From the NCBI RefSeq assembly GCF_006345805.1, contig NC_042998.1, positions 134,106,001 to 134,170,000 on the forward strand: a stretch of 64,000 nucleotides of DNA, given 5' to 3'. Source of the DNA: Octopus sinensis. Lineage: Eukaryota. This document shows, piece after piece, positions 53,921-64,000 of the stretch. The notes beneath the pieces were generated by a model that saw only the letters and a list, made by a program, of their open reading frames with translations, did no database searches and was not told the DNA's origin. A program made the translations under genes and the position numbers. How positions within the stretch are numbered: position 1 is the stretch's first letter; each line of letters begins with the position of its first letter.

Positions 53921-54133
53921 CATACATACATACATGCACACACACATGCATACATACATACATGCATGCATACATACATACATACATACATACATACATA
54001 CATACATACATACATACATACATACATACATACACCGTTGTTGATGTTGAAATTCCAATGAGGGAGCATTGAATCTAGGCTGAAAACTGGTTCTTTATTG
54101 GCAAGAAATCTTGAAATAAAACTGAACAATGAC
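34841..54133 (+). mobile_element. Head-to-tail array of seven ~2.73-kb decayed R4/Dong-clade LINE copies separated by (CATA)n
   Basis: Unit starts at ~34841, 37564, 40303, 43008, 45762, 48512 and 51225. Each unit has KLQDGKAPGKDLIVGYWYKKL, KNYRPVACQN, DIFHGDSL..VFTLSLN, HCFFVDDLKLYAK, FSTDVGLEFGQDKC, YRYLGVDEN (RT); CDNRCKLCGVNTEDITHIISSCP..RHDVVA (CCHC); and KHKRPGIMIWD..VVEISC (RLE). Stops, frameshifts and deletions are shared. Confidence 0.9.
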
Positions 54134-54363
54134 ATGCACACCAAATCGACTAACCTGGCTATCGCGTGCTTGAGCAGCAAACCTCTTACCACACGTCTAT
54201 ATACACACACACACACACATACACATGCACAAACACACGCACGAACGCGCGTACACTCACGTATGCACATACACACACATGCGTGTGTATTTTGTGTGTT
54301 GTGTGTGTGTGTACTGTGTGTTGTTTGCATGCGTGCGTGTGTGTACGTGTGTGTGTGTGCGTG

Positions 54364-54417
<54 letters not shown>

Positions 54418-54718
54418 GCTCGCTTTGCAACCAAGTGGTTTCCGGTTCAGTCCCAGCGCTTGGCCTCTTGAGAGCAAGCGTCTACTACAGTAGTTCCAGG
54501 CTGACCAATATCTCGCGGGTGAATTCACTGGACTGAAGCGCGTCGTATTCATGTACTTGTTTATGTTCGTGTTTGCCTTACCAGCACAGCTTGACAACCA
54601 TCGTTGTTCTGTTTCAGTTTCCGTAGCTAATCGATTCAGCAAACAGCACTGGTAGAACAAGTACCAACTTCAAAAATTGACACTGGGGTCGATTTGTTAG
54701 ACTAAAACACACACACGC

Positions 54719-54749
<31 letters not shown>

Positions 54750-55249
54750 TTCACATACATACATACACTTACACACACACATAAACACACATACACACAC
54801 TTGTTATTTGACTCCCATATATGTAAAAATAGTTGTTATAGATTTATTTTGACTGAGCGCTATTTTATTGAAGCGACTTCAGGTTTAGCATAAACTTGAT
54901 AATATCTGCCTATTATATTATATGAAGACGTCATAATATGTAGCATCCACGCTCAGAAGATTTGAAATCATTCTACCCTGATCACCGAATGTGCTCTTCG
55001 TACAAGGGACCTAACTCAAAATATTTGTTACCTCCCTTGGAAAGTGTTTATCTTGAAATTATCTCCCTTGGATATTTTTCTAACTTAAATTAGAAGTACG
55101 TTATGAAATCATATTCGGTTACTTTTTGTTATATTTTATTTCATTTTCTTTTATTTATTTGGTTGAAATGTTTTCGGTCAAAAAAAGTCTCTGCCTTCAA
55201 CCTTCACTGACTCTGAAACTAGTCTCCTTGACGGGGCTAAGAATAGTAA

Positions 55250-55470
55250 TAATAACCCTTGCTACTATCGGCACGGGGCCTGAAATTTTGGGGGAGAGGA
55301 CTAGTCGTTTACATTGGCCCCAGTGTTTCACTGGTACTTAATTTATCGACTCCAAAAAAATGAATGGCAACGTTGACCTCTGCGAAATTTGAACACAACG
55401 TAGCGACGGGCGAAATACGGCTAAGCACTTCCCCTCGTATGCTAACGATTCAGTTAGCTCGCCACCAAAT
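55250..55470 (-). mobile_element. tRNA-derived SINE
   Basis: Same body and tail as 18195 and 22968. Confidence 0.75.
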
Positions 55471-55752
55471 CTTAAAACTTTACTATCTACAACTCGCTTT
55501 CTTTTCTTTTTGACTCTCTCTCTCTCCCTGAGTATTCGAAAATATAAACATACTTTTTATTGCAAAAGTCCTACTGTATTCTCCAACTGGACAGACAAAC
55601 GAACATCTCAAGAAAACTTTAAGACTTTAATATATTACCCAAATACGTAAACACACCTTTTATTGCAACAACACAGTTGAATTCAGAAATTCAAAGATTC
55701 AACGACATGAATATCAATATGTATATATATATATATTATATATATATATAAT

Positions 55753-55809
<57 letters not shown>

Positions 55810-55818
<9 letters not shown>

Positions 55819-56311
55819 TCTAGTTGTGTGAGTGTCTGTCCCCTTCGATTTAGATTCCTAACTCCTCCCACATTTTGCGGTGCAGTTTAACCAAATTCGG
55901 GTATCTTATAGTCGTGATTCATATCGAGCCCGTCTGACTATTAGCGCGCGTCAACGATGAGTCTACGATTTTAAAAATAATTTAACATCATTTTTTATTC
56001 CATTTTAATGTATAAAATGCATCGTGTGTCGATGGCGGCGGAGTTGGCGTCCACGCTCACAGCTGCACCTGTTTGCTTCTCCCCCTTCTTCCCTCCCTCG
56101 TGAAGCTGTGGGGAAGGGAGTGTAAAGAAATCAACGTCGTAATGCGTTGTGAAGTAGACCAGCGTTCTTTTAGAACAACGACTTCATGGCTTGAAGACAC
56201 CAAAACAAAAATGGCTAAGAAAGCCCGAATTTATAAGGGAAGTAACTCTCTAAAAATGCTTATATAGTTATTTCCCTTACAAACCCGAGCAACGCCGGGC
56301 GATACTGCTAG
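55810..56311 (+). mobile_element. Non-autonomous Helitron, copy 1
   Basis: The 3' end has hairpin CCCGAGCAACGCCGGG then CTAG (56308-56311) followed by T. The 5' end 'tataaaactctagttgtgtg' emerges from (TA)n. Confidence 0.8.
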
Positions 56312-56979
56312 TATATATATAAAACTGTAGTTGTGTGAGTGTCTGTCCCCTTCGATTTAAATTCCTAACTACTCCCACATTTTGCGGTGCAGTTTAACCA
56401 AATTCGGGTATCTTATAGTCGTTATTCATATCGAGCCCGTCTGAGTATTAGCGCGCATCTACGATAAGTCTACGATTTTTAAAATAATTTAACATCATTT
56501 TTTATTCCATTTTAATGCATAATTTTTCGTGTGTCGATGGCGGCGGAGTTGGCGTCCATGGTCACACCTGCACCTGTTTGCTTCTTCCCCTTCTTCCCTC
56601 CCTCGTGAAGCTGTGGGGAAGGGAGTGTAAGGAAATCAACGTCGTAAAGCGTTGTCAAGGAGACCAGCGTTCTTTTAGAACAACGACTTCATGGCTTGAA
56701 GACACCAAAACAGAAATGGCTAAGAAAGCGTCTACGATGAGTCTACGATTAAAAAAAAATTTACCATCATTCTTTCCATTTTAATGCATTTTTTCGCTAT
56801 TATATAAGGGAAGTAACTCTCTAAAAATGTCTATGATGAGTCAACGATTTAAAAAAAAATTACCATCATTTTTTATTCCATTTTTAAATGCATTTTTTTG
56901 CTATTTTTTATAACTCTCTAAAAATGCTTATATAGTTATTTCCCTTACAAACCCGAGCAACGCCGGGCGATACTGCTAG
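56312..56979 (+). mobile_element. Non-autonomous Helitron, copy 2 (tandem, with internal duplications)
   Basis: Collinear with copy 1. The segment 'tctacgatgagtc.acgatt..aaaaa' is repeated internally. Ends cccgagcaacgccgggcgatactgCTAG|T. Confidence 0.8.
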
Positions 56980-57001
56980 TATATATATATATACATATAT
57001 A

Positions 57002-57046
<45 letters not shown>

Positions 57047-57582
57047 TATAACCTGCCCGACGAGGCAAGGTATTTTCAACGTAACAGTAAATAAATATTT
57101 TCTTAAAACTTCATGCATTGTTCATATTTCACGTCCTACAACTTGCCGTTACAAAACAATTACAACCGATACAAAAAATAATCTTCATTCGTTATATATA
57201 TATGATACATATATACAATATATTGCGCTTTGCCCCATTTCACATGGAAACAAGCTGGAGCGTCTGCTTTTCCGTCCGTTTTCTATGGACGAGATGCATT
57301 CCATTTGTCAGACGATCCATTTATTGTCAAGACTCGCTGAATGAAGAACTGGGCGTGCTACAGTTAATGATGTGGATGTGCAGACTTGACGGCGAATACG
57401 TATAGTCACCGCCTGGCAATCGTAGTTTTCTCCTCAGTTCGTCTTTCAAAGAACTGCAGTCCTGTATCAAACGAAAACCTAGAGAGAGTGTTTGAATTTA
57501 TGAATGTTGTTGGGTACTCAGAGCCCTTTACTAGTCGGGCAATGCGGTCAGTTAAAATTTCCCTTGAGCGTTTTATAGAGGA

Positions 57583-57972
57583 CTAGCAGTATTGCCCGGC
57601 GTTGCTCGGGTTTGCTTCGACCCTTTAAAATTGGAATTTTTGAAAAGTAAAAATTTTGCATAATGTAGCTTGTTATTCACTTTAAGTGAACATTTTTCTG
57701 ATTGAAATACACCGAAAAATGGCGACACAGTAGTCAAAAAATCGTAAAATATAGGGATTTTCATAGAAAAAAGGCACCTTTTTGATGTAAATAATTTTTG
57801 GTCTTAACATGATCCGATTTGAATTTTATCTTCTACGGAATGAAGAGCAAGCCTTCTTCTATCATACCTTCAAATTTGGTCAACTTGCGCCGCAGTGTCT
57901 CGGAGGAGATAGTGTTAGTTGAAGGCTACCAAACCTGCCACACACAGACAACTTCAGCTTTATATAGAGAGA
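57583..57972 (-). mobile_element. Non-autonomous Helitron of a related family
   Basis: Minus strand reads A|TCTCTCTATATATAAAGCTGAAGTTG ... CCCGAGCAACGCCGGGCAATACTGCTAG|T: 5' TC, 3' hairpin plus CTAG, A|T target. Confidence 0.85.
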
Positions 57973-60542
57973 TTAGTGTTGGACAAGTGTAATGACGTCC
58001 TTGGGGATAGTCTGACCATCGATGAGAGTCAACCTGCTAGTCTGTTCTGTAGGACTTTCGGTCTCACCACATATACAACTTCCAGAAATCATTTCTGTCT
58101 TTCTTTCCGCTCATCTTTTGTTATAAACCCCACACAAATTATATACTGTCCTAGGAATGTTCCACTTGTTGATTCCCCAATAACATCATCGTCGTCATCG
58201 TCGTTATCATCATCATCATCATCATCATCTGTTGTTAAGACAAGAGATGTATTTTACATTCATAAAATAAGAACAAATTAGCGGACGTGATCAAATTTTT
58301 TTAATGTAATTTATTACAAACAGATTGGTATCACTTGAGGTTCCTTAAGCTATTTTTCTATCAGATTTATTAAAAAATTAATAGACTAGCGTGGCATTTT
58401 ATTTCTAACCTTAATTTAGAGTACCAAGCTATTGTGAAAGCCTCAAAGTGCAAGGGTACTAACTTTCGATGCTTTTTCTCTGCTTCAAACTTATATTATC
58501 GTGTATAGTCTATTATAATTGCTTTTCCTATTTCAGCTTATTTATTTTCTTATTTTGAGCAGTTTGAAGTTAACTAATTCACATACTGATTTCAAATTTA
58601 CAGGGACAAAATATGTTTAAAAGGTTTTCAACCACTTCTGCTGTAAAACCAATGTAACTGTCTGAAAATATCTAACTTATCAGAATGTAGGATATGAAAG
58701 ATCTTTATTATTATTACAATGCTTGGAAATGAACAAGTTTAAGGTGTTATTAAAAGCGGTGAATTGGCAGAGTTGTTAGAGCCACACTGCCTTGTAGCAT
58801 CTGATCCGAGTCTCTGTGCGTTTAAATCCCGCTGAAGTAGACTTTGCCTTTCATTCTCACAGGTTCGTTAAATAAAGTACCAGTTGAGTATCAGAGATCA
58901 ATTCTTCTCTCTTTCTCTTTTTGTCTCATACTCTACGTTGTACTGAGAGAAGAATCGTGGGACACCACTGACAGCATTTCTTACTCCAGAAATGGAAAAA
59001 TGATTAAGCGAGGGGATAGCATACCATAGAAAAACCATGCTACAGCACCGAATGGAAATTAATAAGAATGAGGCTTATAATACTTTTCCAACTTTGTATG
59101 GATTATAATTTCAACCATTTTTGTGAGTGTAATATAACTACATCTATATTTCTTTGTAACTGAATGTAAATCTATATCCTCAAAGAGTTATTTAAAATGA
59201 AACATTTATTTTTCATATAAGTCTAATAATACCTGAAGAAAACTTAATAATCAACAGATTTTATTTAATCATCATCGTTACACTATCGCTCTCGGTGGCC
59301 CAATCTTTAAGCTGTTAATTGATGTCCTGAAGAGAAGAAGAAAGACAGTGTTCATTGTCCTAGGCAGAAGTGGGAAGGCATAAAAATGACGAAGGTTTTG
59401 TTTGACAGCAACATTAAACTTCACTTGTAGTTTAATAATAGGACCACTTCTGATCGGAATGATGAGAGAATGGTCTTCTAGTCTAAGATTGATAGTCCTT
59501 TATGTAATCGTGATGTAGGCAATATCAATGACTCAGCTTATGTAACTGTCTACCAGCTGTAACACTCAGAAGGTAGAGATTCATTGTTATAAACAATAAA
59601 ATACTATATAAAGAATAAAAGTGTTTTGGTGTTGGTTTGCAACATTCTGTACAAGATATAACTTTCAATGTAAATGAAACCCAGTATGATTTGATTAAGA
59701 ATGTAAAGGAGTAAAGTGAAATAATCCAATATACTTACTCCAGCCTGCTTCCAACAACTCTCCACCCTTCTTGTCATACTCAAATATTGATTTTGTTTTA
59801 GATGGACACAAAGCCACAGTTTGTAAAAGGAGAGCATTGTCGGCTGAATTGACACTACTTCATCGCTAGTATTTCTAATATCACGTCCAGTTAGTATAAA
59901 ACACAAGTTAAGCTCCTGATCTACGGTTCCGCTCAGCTCTCTACGGTTGTTAAAACAAGGCTTCGAATTTATAAGGAGAAAGGCAGCAGAGTCGATTCAA
60001 ACGACTACTTGAATAGTATTTTATTTTATCGACCTCCATCTCACGGAAATATGAAAGGTAAAGTTGATCTAGGCGATATTTGATTTTTAAAAAAACATCA
60101 GCCGTGGACTCAGATAATACGATACCTTTCTAAACACTCGAGTGTGCAGCACGAGTTATAACAATTGCATTTGATGCACTCAAAGTGACGGTTGACTGAA
60201 TGTAATGTCTAGTTCTCTTTTTTTTTTCTTTGTTTCTTTGTTTCTTTTCATTTAGGTGTTTGTTTGATTGTTGCATTGCCGACACGTATTTGAAATAATT
60301 CTCAAAGACTTGTTGCCGACAGACATAATCATACCCACACATACACACACGCACGCGCGCATCCCCCCAATCAAAAACCACACACACACACACAGCGCGC
60401 GCACAAAAGCATACGCAAAGATGAACGCATACACATAGATATACACGAACATGCAAACATGCTCATGGCTTTCTATTGAAATTAAAGCTACATCAGTAAA
60501 GTTTATTCAGTGTAATTCAACAACATAAAATTAGCCATCGTA

Positions 60543-60580
<38 letters not shown>

Positions 60581-61037
60581 AACTATACGCTGTTACTTTA
60601 GTTTTTTAAGCCCGTTGGGCGCAGTGAAACGAAAGGCGGTCGATATACGATGCGGTTTCGATTCAAAATTTAAACTAGCTTAAATCAATCTATCTCATCA
60701 CATATGAAGAAAATGTAAACGTTACACAAGGGAGCCTTTGCGTAGTCACTTGTTCCGCAAGAAATAGCAGCCAAATCTCTCTCAAGTCAGACCCTAGGCA
60801 CACTGAATAATATAGCTCCCACTTCTTTCTCCCCCCCCTCTCTCTCTCTCCCTCTCTTTCTCTGACACACACACTTTCTCTTTTTCTCTCTCTTTATCTA
60901 TCTATCTATCTTCTACTTCTGCCTTACCTGTTTGTGTTTAAAATTTACCTGAAGATGTACTCTAAGAATGCATCATAAAATGTCGTCGAAACAGTTGTGA
61001 ATTTTGAACCCCTCTCGTGTTCTTCTTCATATGTATA

Positions 61038-61916
61038 GAGGGTGGATGAAAAGTAAGTAGACATTAAAAATTGATAATAAAATCCATATTCCTTTTACAA
61101 AATTATTGAAAAAATTATACATGTTCTTTATTACATTGGAAAATGAAAGTAAATCTCCATATTTCAACGTAAGCACAGGTGGTGTCAACCAGTTTCCTCA
61201 AACGGCCAGGGATGGAATGAACAACCTTCTGAAGGACGTCGTCTGAGATATCATTGAGAACTTCTTGACTCTGTGTCTCCAAGTCCTCCAGTGTGCGAAG
61301 TTTTGTCTTGTACACCTCTTTTGTTTAATTCCACAGGTAAAAATCACATAGAGTGACATCTGAACTTCTTTGAGTTCTGGACTTCTGCGGTCGCAGTCTT
61401 CAAGTTTTAGCTCCTGCTCGTAATGGGGTTTCCACGGACGAACATTAAATCCTTTATGCAACACCGTACATATTGTGTGTCTTGTTAGTCCACTTTCACG
61501 AGCTGCTTGACGTATTGATTTTTGCACGCTGCGATTAAACATTCGCTGCACTATTGCTACGTTCTCCGCTGATCGGGATGTGGTTGGACGGCCACTTCTT
61601 GCATCGTTCACAGAGCCCGTGGTCATCAGCTTTGCATAACAACTTTTTATTGCCTCTGGACATAGTGTCGCATATTTACCTTTCCATGTACGCCACAATC
61701 TCTGAAACAAAACAATGAAATTCCACACTTCATGGCATGCTGCTACCTTGGCTCGCTCCTGAACAATCAAGCGACAGGCCATATGGAAAATAAGAAATAA
61801 GAAAATAAGAAATCCCCGTTAGTGCTGTCTGTTTAAAAAATGGTTCGTCGTAACTTCAGTGATACTAAAAATTCTATAAACAATTTCTAATGTCAAGTTA
61901 CTTTCCACCCACCCTG
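61038..61916 (-). mobile_element. Internally deleted Tc1/mariner-superfamily transposon (maT/DD37D-like)
   Basis: TIRs gagggtggatgaaaagtaagtagaca and tgtcaagttactttccacccaccctg with TA flanks. Peptides KLMTTGSVNDARSGRPTTSRS, KSIRQAARESGL, RPWKPH..QEL and YKTKLRTLEDLE..RLRKLVDTTCAYVE. The catalytic region is deleted. Confidence 0.8.
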
Positions 61917-61932
61917 TATATATATATATATA

Positions 61933-62698
61933 TAAGAATAAATGTTTTTATATATAAAAAACGTGAAATACGGGAAGGGACGAACACGGAACACAGACAA
62001 ATCATTCGAAGCCTTCAATCTTCAGTCAGACACCGAATCATCATAGCAAATTTCGGCTGTTCAATTCTGATATTTGCTCCAACTCGGCCAGCCCCAAGAA
62101 AAAAACTAAGCTGTAAGCATTAGATTTCTTGGTAGAAGACAAGAATGTAAACGCAAGAGACGGATGTAAATACAAGAGACGAAAACGAAATTGAAAACAG
62201 TAATGGATAAACAAAATATAACGGTGGTTGTCTTACGACTTTAGACCAAATAAGACAAAAACAACAACAACATAGCAGCTGGCGTAGAAATAATTACCTT
62301 TTCGGTAGAGGGGACACATGTTGGTCGAGATACGATCGCCAACAGAATGGTTAAGAAGCAGCAGGTTGCAGGAGAGAGAGAGAAAGAGAGACAGAGAGAG
62401 AGGGAATCAAAGAGGGTGGGAGGCAGGGGACAGAATCAGTGACCAAGAGAAAAGGAGAAAGAAGGGGTTGAGGAGGATGGGAGGAAGAGGGGGGAAGAAT
62501 CGGAGGACGCCAAAATAGTTTGGTAAAGAAGCAATGGCGGGTAGGAAAGAGAAAGTATATAGAAGTCGTGCAGGGTTTAAAATTGGATAAACAAACGGGG
62601 GGGGTGCACGTAACGCCGCAATAATATAAGAATAAATGTTTTTATATATAAAGAACGTGAAATACAGGAAGGGACGAACACGGAACACAAACAAATCA

Positions 62699-62703
<5 letters not shown>
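61933..62703. mobile_element. (TA)n-flanked element with ~75-bp terminal direct repeats (pLTR-like remnant)
   Basis: 61933-62005 matches 62627-62700 ('ataagaataaatgtttttatatataaa.aacgtgaaatac.ggaagggacgaacacggaacaca.acaaatcattc'). Confidence 0.55.
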
Positions 62704-62729
<26 letters not shown>

Positions 62730-63059
62730 TGAATTTAACAAAACCGCAACAAACGGAAAGTTTTACAAAAGCATAACAAAAAGAAAATTCGTAGCTTATT
62801 CCTCATTAGCCAACGTCCAAAACATCATTACAATTTCGTGCCTTTAGTGTTGATATTGATCACTTTTTGTGGCGCCAGTGGCGAAAATCCACTGGAAATA
62901 GCTAACGAATGTACAGGACAATGACAGGGTGCCCAGTGAAGACCACCCTCCTTACCAAACAGGCTTGCCAGTTTAGTCGCCGACAGTCTGACTATGCGAC
63001 AGTTTATTCAAGGTTACATACTACCGGTAGTACTAAGGGCTTTCTCTCTCTCTCTCTCC

Positions 63060-63098
<39 letters not shown>

Positions 63099-63376
63099 AT
63101 ATATAAACAACTTATAAACAAGGGCAAAAGAAAAAAAATATATATATATATATATATATAGTTCAAATTTATGGAAAAACAAAGACGAAGGCAGGTGTAG
63201 GAACAACAAGAAAGTGTATTAACTGACGCTCGGGAAAAATGGAAAAAAACTTTTACGCTTCGAGTCTACACTCTTACCTATTTCTGTCACTCCTCTCTCG
63301 CTCTCTCACTCTCACTCACACACACACACACACACGCGCATATATATATAATATATATATATATATTATATATATA

Positions 63377-63417
<41 letters not shown>

Positions 63418-64000
63418 TACGACATGCTTCTTTCAGTTTCCGTCTACAAATCCACTCACAAAGTTTTGGTCGACTCGAGGCTATACTAGAAGATACTTGC
63501 TCAGAGTGCCACGCAGTGAAACTTATAGCGGGTTGGATGAAAGATACCCGGTCGATATGATGTAGCCCACTACTACATGTAACGTGTAGATGTAACGCTT
63601 AAAGGTCTCCCGTCGGAGTAACCAGTGAACATCGAACAATCAACACCAAGAAGGAAGAAATATCATTTATATATATATATTTATTCGTTTGCCCGACAGG
63701 TAGTTAAAGAGACAGTAGCAATTCTAGTGATAGTGACAACAAGGTTGGCTCGCTGGTTCATAGCTGATAGTGTAGGAAAAGGTTGTCTGTCAGTAGAGAG
63801 TGAAAGAGTAAGGAATTCACGGTGCTGACTAGAAACAAAGAACGGATAAAAGTGGCATCACCTTTCTTGCGGCCGAAAGCCTCTTTTCGCATGTCGAGCA
63901 AAAGGCGAAAGGAAGTGCTGCTCTTGGTTAAAGATGACGCAAAAGCGGATACTTGCTCCTTAGTCTGGCTGATACAATAGAAGAAGAGATAGGAACTGTT

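Noticed and set aside
57118-57586. Moderately GC-rich stretch with 66-95-aa ORFs between Helitrons
   Set aside because: No recognisable motif in any frame I translated, so a CDS call is not supportable.

Overview
Eukaryotic, extremely repeat-rich, apparently gene-free window. The SINE families and the (TA)n/(CATA)n/(TG)n load resemble an octopus or other coleoid cephalopod genome; this is inferred from recall, not from a database search. I found no host protein-coding gene. Almost all listed ORFs are microsatellite translations or fragments of dead transposons. Contents: decayed Tc1/mariner elements and MITEs, many tRNA-derived SINEs, non-autonomous Helitrons, Penelope-like (PLE) remnants, and several R4/Dong-clade RLE LINE fragments sitting in (CATA)n tracts, including a 19-kb array of seven 2.7-kb copies of one dead element. 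The most interesting object is an array of ~476-bp monomers at 11185-15105 (about 4.5 copies one way, then about 3.7 copies inverted). Each monomer carries a type I hammerhead ribozyme motif (CUGACGA/GAAA core, AUA cleavage site, helix I with an internal loop, palindromic helix III). This fits a non-LTR retrozyme or circular-RNA-derived insertion in (TA)n, next to PLE remnants that could have supplied the reverse transcriptase. Scattered indels between repeat copies suggest noisy long-read consensus, so array copy numbers and fold-back junctions need read-level confirmation.
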